Shown here piece after piece: positions 9,561 through 22,066 of a DNA stretch of 64,000 bases. Origin of the DNA: a virus. Each line of letters begins with the position of its first letter. The first letter of the stretch is position 1. The notes beneath the pieces are model-generated. The model worked only from the letters and a program-made list of their open reading frames with translations. It made no database searches and was not told where the DNA came from. The translations under genes and the position numbers were made by a program. Where the stretch lies: the UHGV virus genome UHGV-0018629. One strand, 5' to 3'.

Positions 9561-9590
9561 GAAAATAAAAAAGGACTCCCGAAGGAGTCC
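9561..9590 (-). terminator. Intrinsic terminator (ggactcc-cgaa-ggagtcc followed by U-run on minus strand)
   Basis: Hairpin 9573-9590; A-run 9561-9572 on plus strand. Confidence 0.65.
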
Positions 9591-9595
9591 TCAAC

Positions 9596-9772
9596 TTATG
9601 CTTTCTGCTTACCAAAACGAGAAGCATCATCTCGAAGAACCGCACGTGCTCGGCGCATGATCTTCTCAACAGTTTGATTGATACGAGAGTTCGACCCACG
9701 CTTGTAACCAGCGCGTTTAGAATCACCAATTTTCTTTTCAACTGCTTTCTTTGCTTTAGCTTGTTTTGCCAT
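9596..9772 (-). CDS. Small basic protein (58 aa from MAKQAKAKK)
   Basis: ORF track trimmed to first ATG; followed by terminator hairpin 9573-9590. Confidence 0.45.
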   Translation of the reverse strand: MAKQAKAKKAVEKKIGDSKRAGYKRGSNSRINQTVEKIMRRARAVLRDDASRFGKQKA

Positions 9773-10061
9773 TATAAATTCTCTTTTAAATGAAAATGCA
9801 GGACTTATTGGCATTGCCTGCGCAAGCCCTCAAGGGGGTACTTAGGTTTTGAATATTTACCGACAGGATAACCATAAACCTCGTCATCATACCACCAAGA
9901 CTTACACAGATAACACTTTTCTGACGCATGATAGTAACATTCAAGAGGTACACCATAAAACTGCCGGGGTCTTAAAACTATAATGATTCGCAAATCATCA
10001 ATCAGACAGTTCGATGGCTCCTCGATTTTAGCTCACACTAAGGCAGTGAATCTCCAATAAA

Positions 10062-10310
10062 TTACTTCAATGTTACCACAAAGTGACGAACTGCTTTTCG
10101 TGCGGCAGAAGCCAGAGGCTTAGCATATTTAAGCTCATCTTTTTCCTGAAGCTCAGCAGCTAATGCAGTTTGTGCAGGATTCAGATGTTTGAAATAACGC
10201 AGGATTTCAAGAGCTTCGGCTTCAACATCAATAGATGCGCCATAGTTTTCGTGACCATTATTCCATGCGTTTCGTTGCAGTTCAAGAGCGTGTTGTAATT
10301 GTTTAATCAT
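10062..10310 (-). CDS. rIII: Lysis-inhibition accessory protein rIII
   Basis: 82 aa, N-terminus MIKQLQHALELQRNAWNNGHENYG recognised as rIII; position between gp31 and ligase. Confidence 0.8.
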   Translation of the reverse strand: MIKQLQHALELQRNAWNNGHENYGASIDVEAEALEILRYFKHLNPAQTALAAELQEKDELKYAKPLASAARKAVRHFVVTLK

Positions 10311-10436
10311 TTAAAAATTCTCGTTAGAGATTAAAACTCGGTAGTCACGTTCTTCTGAATTTCATCTTCTTTCGACAGATCTCTCAGTTGTAGACTACCA
10401 CATAGAATTGAAACTCAATTCATATTATTATTTATA

Positions 10437-10772
10437 TCACTTATAAAGACATGGAATAGCTTTATAGTGACAGGTAACGAATTTTTGTTTAATTTCTTTT
10501 GGCTGCTTAAGACCCAGAGCTACAAAAGGATGCGGAACGTTTCGAATTTGACCAACTGGAAGAGAAGTCAAATCACCAACTTCACAGAAACCTTCAGGAA
10601 CATCAGGACCAACAGAGTGAACTACACACAGTTCAGGAACTTCACCTTGAACACGTTTACCGATAATAAGTCCTGATTCTGTAACTTCTTCATCACCGGC
10701 TTGTGCAGGTTCAGAAACTAAAATCACATATTCACCGACAGCACGAATTGGTAGCTGTTGTACTTCAGACAT
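10437..10772 (-). CDS. 31: Co-chaperonin gp31 (GroES functional analogue)
   Basis: 111 aa, same length as T4 gp31 as I recall it; N-terminus [22 protein letters not shown]. Confidence 0.88.
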
Positions 10773-10801
10773 CGTTTTTCCTTTTTGTTAGCAGATGAAT
10801 T

Positions 10802-10830
10802 AATAATAACAAATAATTCTTAAAGCATTT
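10802..10830 (-). promoter_or_regulatory. MotA-dependent middle promoter candidate for gene 31 (MotA box AAATGCTTTA, 13 bp, -10 TATTAT)
   Basis: Reverse complement of taaagcattt at 10821-10830 and ataata at 10802-10807. Confidence 0.55.
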
Positions 10831-11137
10831 ATTTACCAATAAATTGAAGCAAATGCTCAACTTTCATACCATTAACGGAAATCAATTTGTCAATAGAAAA
10901 ACCTCGCCATGCACCAAGCTCAACATCAAATACTGGAATCATATCAGTAGATTCTTTCCGAGCAGATTCAGTCAATTTACCAGTTTGCATGGTTGGCATA
11001 AAATCAGCATCACGAGTACCTTTCATAGTACGAATAGTACCATCAGACTTTTCAAAAACTACGTTTGAAACCCCCATAGACAATTTAGTTTTCAAAATTT
11101 CACGAATTGCTACTTTCTGTTCAGTTGTCAGTTTCAT
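10829..11137 (-). CDS. Hypothetical protein (31.1 position)
   Basis: ORF track 102 aa. Confidence 0.5.
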   Translation of the reverse strand: MKLTTEQKVAIREILKTKLSMGVSNVVFEKSDGTIRTMKGTRDADFMPTMQTGKLTESARKESTDMIPVFDVELGAWRGFSIDKLISVNGMKVEHLLQFIGK

Positions 11138-11374
11138 TTATTTACCTATTACAGTTTTAATATGGGTTGTTCCACGCTCTTTAAGAGTGGAAAGCAATTT
11201 TTGGCATTTTTCTAAATCAGATTTCCAACTATATGGTCTATCAATACTAGTCCAATCAGTTTTATAATACTGTTTCCATTTAGAGAAAAAATATTTCTTA
11301 TACTCTACAGCAAATGAAATATTCTCGTTAGAATAAGAACTGATTGCTGTGAGCTGTACCAAACGAAATTTCAT
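11138..11374 (-). CDS. Hypothetical protein (31.2 position)
   Basis: ORF track 78 aa. Confidence 0.45.
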   Translation of the reverse strand: MKFRLVQLTAISSYSNENISFAVEYKKYFFSKWKQYYKTDWTSIDRPYSWKSDLEKCQKLLSTLKERGTTHIKTVIGK

Positions 11375-11955
11375 TATTCACCACAGAATTCGTTGATATT
11401 TTCCCAGTTTAACTTATTCAAGTTTTTCTTAGGAACATTAAACACTTCAATACCCGCATTTCGCAGAATATCATCCCAGCCAGGTTTATTTTTATCGTAT
11501 GTTTCGCAATAAACCAGCTTTTTAATACCGGATTGAGCTATCGCTTTTGCACAATCTGGGCAAGGAGAAAGTGTTACATACATAGTAGCACCTTCAATTG
11601 AAGAACCGTTTCGTGCAGCAAACAAAATCGCATTTAGTTCAGCATGAATTTCATTTTTAGACGACCATTCAGAGTGAGCGCTGCGGTGTTCTTTCGCTAA
11701 GACAAAACGATCGGCTGAACCAAATGATACGCATTCAGGCTTATGACCTTGAATGATAGTATGTTTAGGCTTATTCAACAACCAACCTTGCTCAGCAGCA
11801 TAATCACAACAGTTCACACCCCCTGCGGGTGAACCATTATATCCGGTAGAAATAATACGTCCATTCTTTTCAATTACTGCTCCTACCTTCCAGGAGCAAC
11901 ATTTTGATTCCTGTGATACTAAATATGCAATTTGAAGTACTGTACTCGCTTTCAT
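11374..11955 (-). CDS. cd: dCMP deaminase
   Basis: 193 aa; zinc-binding HAELNAI and SPCPDCAKAI motifs of the cytidine/dCMP deaminase fold. Confidence 0.9.
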   Translation of the reverse strand: MKASTVLQIAYLVSQESKCCSWKVGAVIEKNGRIISTGYNGSPAGGVNCCDYAAEQGWLLNKPKHTIIQGHKPECVSFGSADRFVLAKEHRSAHSEWSSKNEIHAELNAILFAARNGSSIEGATMYVTLSPCPDCAKAIAQSGIKKLVYCETYDKNKPGWDDILRNAGIEVFNVPKKNLNKLNWENINEFCGE

Positions 11956-12290
11956 TTCATAATCACCAGATAAGCGGATTTAGCAGTTTCAACACGATAA
12001 ATTTCGTGACGAAGTTTAGTTATACTTTTAATAACAGAACTAATTATATTCTGCCCATCTTTAAAGCGGTTTTTCTTATCAATAAAAACTGCGCCAGTCA
12101 TCTTTTTGTGAAGCTCAACTGGATACTTCGTCACAATAATAGCATCATACACAGAAGGATGAATACTATTCACTAGAGTGTCGTTCATTAAAGTTATTCT
12201 AATGAACTGTGCTGTTTCAGAGTCAAGCGCTCTATGATCGCCAGTATCATTTTCAAGACAATTATCAATTATATCAGTTAAATTCATCAT
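11952..12290 (-). CDS. Hypothetical protein (112 aa)
   Basis: ORF track. Confidence 0.45.
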   Translation of the reverse strand: MMNLTDIIDNCLENDTGDHRALDSETAQFIRITLMNDTLVNSIHPSVYDAIIVTKYPVELHKKMTGAVFIDKKNRFKDGQNIISSVIKSITKLRHEIYRVETAKSAYLVIMK

Positions 12291-12523
12291 AGTACGCCAT
12301 ACACCCTTTGTGCTTCAACTAATCCATCAAAATCCAGTTTAAGATGCGTTATTTGGTCACCATCACCTGGATTCACAATTACTAATACAGAACGAGGAGT
12401 TTCAGTAATAACACGAACCGATGTTTCAGGAAATCGTTCAGAAACCTTATTTACTAATTCCTGCGCAAATAGTTTAACTTTTTCTTGGAATTCTTTAACA
12501 GTAATTGGTTTTTCACTTAGCAT
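12287..12523 (-). CDS. Hypothetical protein (78 aa)
   Basis: ORF track. Confidence 0.45.
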   Translation of the reverse strand: MLSEKPITVKEFQEKVKLFAQELVNKVSERFPETSVRVITETPRSVLVIVNPGDGDQITHLKLDFDGLVEAQRVYGVL

Positions 12524-13047
12524 GTTGATCCCAGCTCCTTACTTTCAACGTTTTTAACTAATTTAACAGAAACTAATTCGGCATCTTGGGTAATCATTAC
12601 CGGACCTTCTTCATACTCTTCAAGATATTCTAGAGCTTTCTTTTTAGCTTCTTCCTTCGTATCAGTTTGAGCATAGATATAAAACATGCAACCACCAGTA
12701 ATACCTACTACTTTCCACTTAATTTCTTTATCAGTTTTAATTTCAAATTTACTGACAGAATCATCCTTTTGAACTTCTTCGAAAAAAGAATATTCTAACA
12801 TATAAGCAATTGAAAATAACGGGCTAACTTTATAGGATTCGCCCATTACATCAACAGCTTTATACCAGCAGTCATCAATTTCGCGTTTAATGCTAATAAC
12901 ATTCTTTGCAGGGTCAATTTTTACTTTAAATGAATTTTCCCCAATAAACTGGGCAATTCGTTTATTAGCCCCGCAAGTTTCATTAAAAATATCTTTATAT
13001 CCAGCTTTAAAGCGATAAACCTTATCTTCTTCAAACCATTCGCTCAT
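12517..13047 (-). CDS. Hypothetical protein (176 aa)
   Basis: ORF track; early promoter at 13068-13098. Confidence 0.5.
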   Translation of the reverse strand: MSEWFEEDKVYRFKAGYKDIFNETCGANKRIAQFIGENSFKVKIDPAKNVISIKREIDDCWYKAVDVMGESYKVSPLFSIAYMLEYSFFEEVQKDDSVSKFEIKTDKEIKWKVVGITGGCMFYIYAQTDTKEEAKKKALEYLEEYEEGPVMITQDAELVSVKLVKNVESKELGSTC

Positions 13048-13067
13048 TTCAATTTCCTCGTTTGTTT

Positions 13068-13098
13068 TGGTAGAGCCATAATATCACAACTCTACCGT
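13068..13098 (-). promoter_or_regulatory. Early promoter (-35 GTTTAC)
   Basis: gtaaac at 13093-13098 with AT-rich -10. Confidence 0.5.
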
Positions 13099-13109
13099 AA
13101 AGTAAACTA

Positions 13110-13385
13110 TTAAATCGCTTTAAATTCCGCAGTTTGAGATTCAAAGCGAATGTCGCCTTTAATGACTAGCTCAGCATCAAGACCAAATACGACAATGATA
13201 TGCGCGGAACCTGGATACAGCGTAATGGCAACAGAATCCACCTGGTCTGGAAGCAAAGTGTTCAATACATGAGTCACTTGAGCATGAATTCGAAGCTCAG
13301 CTGCGTTATCAAGCTTTTCAAACATATTATTAGCGATAATTTGGCTAAACACTACTTCTACGATTTTAGAGTAAGTCGGAAACAT
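13110..13385 (-). CDS. Hypothetical protein (91 aa)
   Basis: ORF track. Confidence 0.45.
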   Translation of the reverse strand: MFPTYSKIVEVVFSQIIANNMFEKLDNAAELRIHAQVTHVLNTLLPDQVDSVAITLYPGSAHIIVVFGLDAELVIKGDIRFESQTAEFKAI

Positions 13386-13387
13386 AT

Positions 13388-13580
13388 TTACCTCACATAA
13401 TTTTCTTCAAGCCAATCAATAACATCCAACGCATTATCAAAAGTTGCGCCATCTACCTTGTCTTCTGTTTCATAATCAAGAACATCTAAACCTACTCTTC
13501 CATTAACAATAGGCCATAAACAAAATAGATATTTCTTTTCTTTTTCAATTTTATCACAAAGTCGATAAATCTTTTCTATG

Positions 13581-13588
<8 letters not shown>
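13388..13588 (-). CDS. Hypothetical protein (66 aa)
   Basis: ORF track. Confidence 0.4.
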
Positions 13589-14982
<1,394 letters not shown>

Positions 14983-14985
14983 TTA

Positions 14986-15216
14986 TTATTTCTCAACCAA
15001 TGATTGAATATAATCATGCAGGTCTTTAGATGCTTTACCCCACTTATTTTGATATTCATTTTTGAGATTAGCGCGTGATTGAGCTAATAAAACATCATTA
15101 GTTGGAGGTAAAGATTCTAATCGCTGAATCTGACGTCCATAAATCATTGCAGCCATCTCGGATTCATAAATCAATCCTTTGAGATGTTCAAATTGATGCC
15201 ATGAAATCATTTGCAT
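14986..15216 (-). CDS. Hypothetical protein (76 aa)
   Basis: ORF track. Confidence 0.45.
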   Translation of the reverse strand: MQMISWHQFEHLKGLIYESEMAAMIYGRQIQRLESLPPTNDVLLAQSRANLKNEYQNKWGKASKDLHDYIQSLVEK

Positions 15217-15506
15217 TTATCCTCTTTTAAATCTGCACGATAATAACATATCATAGTTTTCTGATCATGTACATATCGTTTTACATCATTAAGCCAAATA
15301 CGAAACTCCTGAGAATCTTCAAATGGCATACCGACCCAAGCTTTACCATCAATAACTTTAACTTGCCAAGATAGTTTAGCTTCGTCATATGACTTTATTT
15401 GCACAGGCCAATTAGGATGAACTGTTTCTTTCTTTACTTCTAGAGGCTTTGTCGAACAACCAACTAGAAGACCAATAGATAATATTACTGCAGATAATTT
15501 AATCAT
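15207..15506 (-). CDS. Outer-membrane spanin (o-spanin, Rz1-type lipoprotein)
   Basis: Signal peptide with lipobox LLVGC; 99 aa; immediately downstream of, and overlapping, the i-spanin. Confidence 0.7.
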   Translation of the reverse strand: MIKLSAVILSIGLLVGCSTKPLEVKKETVHPNWPVQIKSYDEAKLSWQVKVIDGKAWVGMPFEDSQEFRIWLNDVKRYVHDQKTMICYYRADLKEDKCK

Positions 15507-15856
15507 TTAGAAAGGTCCTGGATGTCTTCTGCGAACTTATTGAAGGAGTTGTTGATTTGTTTTTCAACCAATCCTGGCTTACGAGCCACCACATCCGCCT
15601 TCTTTGCATCTTTGCGCAGTTTTTCATTTTCACGCTCAATAGCAGCAATTGCCTCACGATTTTTATTATTCATCGCATCAATATAATTATACTGAATTCG
15701 CAAATTATTTAATGCTAAAGCGTTTTCATTGGCCGTTTTTGTAATTTCTACAACAGACGTTTCTAATCTTTCAATTTTATTTTTTAAAATTAAAGAAGTT
15801 CCGCCCAATGCAATTACAATTAATAACAAGCCTGTTGTCGTATTACTTAATTGCAT
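15503..15856 (-). CDS. Inner-membrane spanin (i-spanin, Rz-type)
   Basis: N-terminal TM segment (LLLIVIALGGTSLIL) followed by coiled-coil-like sequence; 117 aa; paired with lipoprotein. Confidence 0.7.
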   Translation of the reverse strand: MQLSNTTTGLLLIVIALGGTSLILKNKIERLETSVVEITKTANENALALNNLRIQYNYIDAMNNKNREAIAAIERENEKLRKDAKKADVVARKPGLVEKQINNSFNKFAEDIQDLSK

Positions 15857-16353
15857 AAAGTTTTAATAACCTCTATAATATCGTCTTGAGAAAGACCGTT
15901 AATTAAAATATGATGTTCAGCAGGAGATTTAGAAATTTTAAAGCATGCCTCAACATCTTCTGCCATATCCGATGCACTACGATTTGGATTACTAATTCCA
16001 AGACGATGCTTTCCTGTCAAAGGATTAACGATAATATAACATTTACAGTTGTTAATATGAACATTAGGTTGAGTCTGATTAATGAACACATCACAATCAT
16101 ATTTCGCAAGCTGATTTTCTAAAAAGACTTTCATCTCCTCAACCGCATCAGGAAGCATATCACGGGCTTGCTCAAGACGACGATTTCGATATTCTTTAAT
16201 GGTCGTTTTCCGCTTGACTTGTTTAGCTAAATCTTTCTTAAGATCGGTGATATATCCAACTCGACGATTTCCTTTGAATACAGAAATCCCATCTGTATTA
16301 TCACCGTATGCTTCAACGACCATTTCAGTAGTAATAAGCTGCAAATCCATCAT
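15847..16353 (-). CDS. alc: Alc-like protein (host transcription shutoff on cytosine DNA), assigned by size and synteny
   Basis: 168 aa between spanins and RNA ligase 1, the T4 alc position; sequence itself not independently recognised. Confidence 0.6.
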   Translation of the reverse strand: MMDLQLITTEMVVEAYGDNTDGISVFKGNRRVGYITDLKKDLAKQVKRKTTIKEYRNRRLEQARDMLPDAVEEMKVFLENQLAKYDCDVFINQTQPNVHINNCKCYIIVNPLTGKHRLGISNPNRSASDMAEDVEACFKISKSPAEHHILINGLSQDDIIEVIKTLCN

Positions 16354-16391
16354 AAAGTCCTCATGTTATGTCAGTAAGACTACTATAACAC

Positions 16392-18002
<1,611 letters not shown>

Positions 18003-18029
18003 AATAAAATGGGCCTTGCGGCCCACTCC

Positions 18030-19196
18030 TTAAAAATATTTTTTAAAACTCATCATAACTTTATCATCAACATCATTATCAATCTGTGCTACAAGGTAAG
18101 ATGACAGTTCTACTTCTTGTGGCGCGGATTGAACATTATCAGAATTAAGATATTCACGAATCCAAGGATACGGGTGTTTAACCGGAGCATCGGTAATTGG
18201 GCATGGAAGACCGCACTGTTTCATACGAGATACAGTTAAGTAATCAATAAAGCTCCACATGCTATTTGTATTTAATCCAGGAACATCACCGTCTTTAAAT
18301 AAATGAACTGCCCAATCTTTTTCTTGACGGTTAACTTCCATGAAAATATCAACTGCTTCTTGTTCGCACTCTTGGGCGATTTTAACCCATTCATCACCAT
18401 CAGTTCCAAGTTGAAGTTGACGAATAATATATTGGGTGCCTTTAAGATGAAGCTGCTCATCGCGCGCAATGAACTTCATAATCTTAGCATTACCTTCCAT
18501 GATTTCCATGTTCTTATGGAAGTTAAATGTACATGCGAAAGATACGTAAAAACGAATAGCTTCCAGTGCGTTGATTACGTGCAGGCAGAGGTAAAGAGAG
18601 CGCATTAGTTCACGTTTAGCTCTTTGCTCAGCATCTTTATCAACTAAAGTTAGACCTTGGTCTTTATAATACTTAGCCATGTCTTTGGTATTTTCCCAGG
18701 CACGGGTTTTAATCAGAACATCATCGTAATAATGACCGATAGATTCAGCGCGTTTCATAATAGCTTCATCTAATACAATCTCATCAAACACCTTCGATGG
18801 ATCAGTATAAAGATTTCGCATGATATGAGTATATGAACGGCTGTGAATAGTTTCACTAAAAGTCCATGTAGCAACCCATGTATCAAGACTTGGGTCTGAA
18901 ATTAATGACATAAGTACAGCAGACGGTGCACGCCCCTGAATGCTATCCAAAAGTGATTGATACTTCAGGTTATTAGTAAAAATATTTTGCTGATACTGAG
19001 GAAGCTTGTTAAATTGTGCAGCATCCATCATCAAGTTTACTTCTTCAGGACGCCAAAAGAATGATAAAGATTTCTCAGTAAGTTCTTCAAATACTCTATG
19101 TCGTTGAATATCATAACGCGCAATACCAAGACCTGAACCAAAAAACATAGGTTCTTTTAAAACATCAACTGGATTTGTATTAAAAACTGTGCTCAT
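18030..19196 (-). CDS. nrdB: Ribonucleotide reductase small subunit, uninterrupted
   Basis: 388 aa continuous ORF; no intron. Confidence 0.92.
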   Translation of the reverse strand: MSTVFNTNPVDVLKEPMFFGSGLGIARYDIQRHRVFEELTEKSLSFFWRPEEVNLMMDAAQFNKLPQYQQNIFTNNLKYQSLLDSIQGRAPSAVLMSLISDPSLDTWVATWTFSETIHSRSYTHIMRNLYTDPSKVFDEIVLDEAIMKRAESIGHYYDDVLIKTRAWENTKDMAKYYKDQGLTLVDKDAEQRAKRELMRSLYLCLHVINALEAIRFYVSFACTFNFHKNMEIMEGNAKIMKFIARDEQLHLKGTQYIIRQLQLGTDGDEWVKIAQECEQEAVDIFMEVNRQEKDWAVHLFKDGDVPGLNTNSMWSFIDYLTVSRMKQCGLPCPITDAPVKHPYPWIREYLNSDNVQSAPQEVELSSYLVAQIDNDVDDKVMMSFKKYF

Positions 19197-19247
19197 AAAT
19201 TTTCCGCTTAGTTAATAGATAGTGACTCGTCCGTGAGTCAAATTATA

Positions 19248-21512
19248 TCATAATTTACAAGATGAACAATCTTCAGCTTTTGGAGTTTCTATTTCATAAT
19301 CATCAGTACCAGAACCATCACGAGTATTATGATAGTAGAAGTTTTTAATGCCATAATACCATCCGTATAGCATGTCATCAATCATTACAGACATTGGAAC
19401 CTTTCCTTTTGGAAAAATCTGCGGGTCATAATATGTATTCGCTGAAGCTGATTGACATACCCATTTAAGCATAATAGCTACCTGCGTAAGATAAGGTTTA
19501 TTACCTTTCTTAGCTAATTTCCACGTATAATCATATAGGTCTATGTTATGTTCAATATTGGGCACGACTTGATTAAAGGAACCCTCTTTTGATTCTTTAA
19601 CAGAGACTGGTCCACGTGGAGGCTCGATACCGTTTGTACTGTTAGAAACTTGGGAAGATGACTCACATGGCATAAGTGCTGATAATGTGCTATTACGGAT
19701 GCCAAAGAGCTTAAGGTCTTCCCGCAGCGACGACCAGTCACAAACGTATTTTGGAGCTGCGATTTGGTCAATCTTTTTATTGTACCAGTCGATAGGTAAT
19801 TCGCCTCGAGACCAACGAGTGTCTGAATAATATTCGCAAGGTCCTTTTTCTTTGGCGAGCTTAATGGATGCTTTAATGAGTCCATACTGTAATCTCTCAA
19901 ATAGTTCATGTGTTAAATCGTTAGCATCTTCATAAGAAGCGAAGTTACTTGCCAGCCAAGCTGCATAGTTAGTAACACCTACGCCAAGGTTTCGACGCTT
20001 TTTAGCTTTTTCTGCTTCAGGAACAGGATATCCTTGGTAATCCAATAGATTATCAAGAGCGCGAACTTGAACTTCTGCCAATTCATTAATTTTATCTTGG
20101 TCTTGCCAATCGAAGTTATCTAACACAAATGCAGATAATGTACACAATCCAATTTCAGCATCAGGACTATTCACGTCATTTGTTGGAATAGCGATTTCAC
20201 AACACAAGTTACTCTGACGAATAGGTGCCTTTTCACGAATAAATGGCGTATAGTTATTCGTATTATCAATGAACTGCACATAAATCCTTGCTGTTCCTGA
20301 GCGTTCAGTCATGAGCAATTCAAATAGTTCACGGGCTTTAATACGCTTTTTACGAATATTAGGGTCTTTTTCTGCTGCTTCGTATAATTCACGGAAACGG
20401 TCTTGGTCTTTAAAATAAGAATAATAAAGCTCTCCACCCATTTCATGTGGACTGAACAAAGTAATGTAATCGTTCTTTCCGAATCGTTCCATCATTAGGT
20501 CATTAAGTTGAACGCCATAATCCATATGACGGATACGGTTTTCTTCTACACCTTTGTTATTTTTCAAAACGAGAAGATTTTCAACTTCCAAATGCCAAAT
20601 AGGATAATAAGCAGTAGCAGCGCCGCCACGAATTCCACCCTGTGAGCATGATTTAACAGCAGTCTGAAAATGTTTCCAAAAAGGAATGACACCAGTATGA
20701 CGCACTTCACCCATACCAATCTTAGAACCTTCGGCACGAATCATACCAACGTTAATACCAATTCCAGCGCGTTTGGAGATATATTCAACAATTGAAGCAG
20801 AAGCCTTATTGATAGACTTCAATGAATCACCTGCCTCAATAACAACGCATGAACTAAATTGTCGAGTCGGAGTACGGCAACCAGCCATAATAGGAGTTGG
20901 TAATGAAATCTGTCGAGTAGATACTGCTTCATAAAAACGGATAACATGTTTTAATCTATCAACAGGTTCATCTTGATGCAATGCCATTCCAATAGTCATA
21001 AATGCAAACTGTGGAGTTTCATAAATTTGACCAGTGGTTTTATCTTTAACTAGATATTTTTCCTTTAGCTGCATCGCCCCGGAATAAGTAAATTCCATAT
21101 CCCGCTCATGCTTAATTTTTGATTCTAAAAATGTAATTTCTTCTGCAGAATATTTTGATAACAGTTCAGGGTCATATTTCCCTGCATTTACACAATAAGA
21201 AATATGGTCAATAAATGAACGTGGTTCATACTGTCCATAAACATGCTTACGAAGAGCAAACATTAAACAACGCGCAGCTACATATTGATAATCAGGCTCT
21301 TCAACCGAAATAGAATTCGCAGCAGCCTTAATGACAATAGTCTGAATATCATCAGTTGTCATTCCATCACGGAGATAAGATTTAATATTTTCATATAATT
21401 CATAAGGATCGACTGATGTTCCTTCAGCTGCCCAAGATAAAACTTTAATAATTTTTTGCGGGTCAAAGCTCTGAGAAACACCACTACTTTTGATAACATT
21501 AATTAATTGCAT
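19248..21512 (-). CDS. nrdA: Ribonucleotide reductase large subunit
   Basis: 754 aa; N-terminal ATP-cone; active-site NLCCEIA; C-terminal cysteine pair. Confidence 0.93.
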   Translation of the reverse strand: MQLINVIKSSGVSQSFDPQKIIKVLSWAAEGTSVDPYELYENIKSYLRDGMTTDDIQTIVIKAAANSISVEEPDYQYVAARCLMFALRKHVYGQYEPRSFIDHISYCVNAGKYDPELLSKYSAEEITFLESKIKHERDMEFTYSGAMQLKEKYLVKDKTTGQIYETPQFAFMTIGMALHQDEPVDRLKHVIRFYEAVSTRQISLPTPIMAGCRTPTRQFSSCVVIEAGDSLKSINKASASIVEYISKRAGIGINVGMIRAEGSKIGMGEVRHTGVIPFWKHFQTAVKSCSQGGIRGGAATAYYPIWHLEVENLLVLKNNKGVEENRIRHMDYGVQLNDLMMERFGKNDYITLFSPHEMGGELYYSYFKDQDRFRELYEAAEKDPNIRKKRIKARELFELLMTERSGTARIYVQFIDNTNNYTPFIREKAPIRQSNLCCEIAIPTNDVNSPDAEIGLCTLSAFVLDNFDWQDQDKINELAEVQVRALDNLLDYQGYPVPEAEKAKKRRNLGVGVTNYAAWLASNFASYEDANDLTHELFERLQYGLIKASIKLAKEKGPCEYYSDTRWSRGELPIDWYNKKIDQIAAPKYVCDWSSLREDLKLFGIRNSTLSALMPCESSSQVSNSTNGIEPPRGPVSVKESKEGSFNQVVPNIEHNIDLYDYTWKLAKKGNKPYLTQVAIMLKWVCQSASANTYYDPQIFPKGKVPMSVMIDDMLYGWYYGIKNFYYHNTRDGSGTDDYEIETPKAEDCSSCKL

Positions 21513-21829
21513 AAGTCCTCAACTTGAAAATCGTCTTTAAACAATCGGTTAACTATATGAGCTATTATATCACCATGACACGGCTTTGGTTTACATGTGC
21601 ATCCTAGCCTCATTCCACGTAAAGGCTCTAAATGTGCTTTAGTTATTTCTCCGGATTTAATTCGACGTATAAAATCTTTTTTGAATAATTCAATGGCAGC
21701 CTCCCGGCTGCCAGCATCTTTACCGACGTAATTTCCCCAAAATGTACCACGGTGAATATTAACATCAAAGTCGGATTTATATATATTCACTACCCGGCAT
21801 AGACGGCCCGGTTGGTAATAATTCTTCAT
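21503..21829 (-). CDS. Hypothetical protein with C-terminal CxC...PCHGD motif (nrdA.1 position)
   Basis: ORF track 108 aa; overlaps upstream ORF by 53 nt. Confidence 0.5.
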   Translation of the reverse strand: MKNYYQPGRLCRVVNIYKSDFDVNIHRGTFWGNYVGKDAGSREAAIELFKKDFIRRIKSGEITKAHLEPLRGMRLGCTCKPKPCHGDIIAHIVNRLFKDDFQVEDLCN

Positions 21830-22058
21830 ATTGTTGTTCCGTTAAAACAGTAATATCATAATAACAATCAGAAGAAGTTTTAACTGTGGAAATTTTATTA
21901 TCAAAATACTCACGAGTCATTTTATAAGTATAGTATTTTTTACCATAAATGATAATAGGCTGATTTGGTCCTGGAACTTCTAACTCACTTGGATTAGGAA
22001 GTGTAAAAAGAACGACACCAGAAGTATCTTTAAATCGTAAAATCATATATCCTCGCAA
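21777..22058 (-). CDS. Hypothetical protein (nrdA.2 position)
   Basis: ORF track 93 aa. Confidence 0.5.
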   Translation of the reverse strand: MRGYMILRFKDTSGVVLFTLPNPSELEVPGPNQPIIIYGKKYYTYKMTREYFDNKISTVKTSSDCYYDITVLTEQQYEELLPTGPSMPGSEYI

Positions 22059-22066
22059 TAATAAAA

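Noticed and set aside
9805-9993. 62-aa ORF in the rIII-downstream gap
   Set aside because: Starts at TTG, no Shine-Dalgarno, no internal ATG; kept only as part of a noncoding-region finding.
19222-19240. Hairpin tgactc-gtccg-tgagtca between nrdA and nrdB as a possible terminator
   Set aside because: Lies within the last codons of nrdA with no U-run; more likely a translational-coupling or RNA-processing structure, not called.
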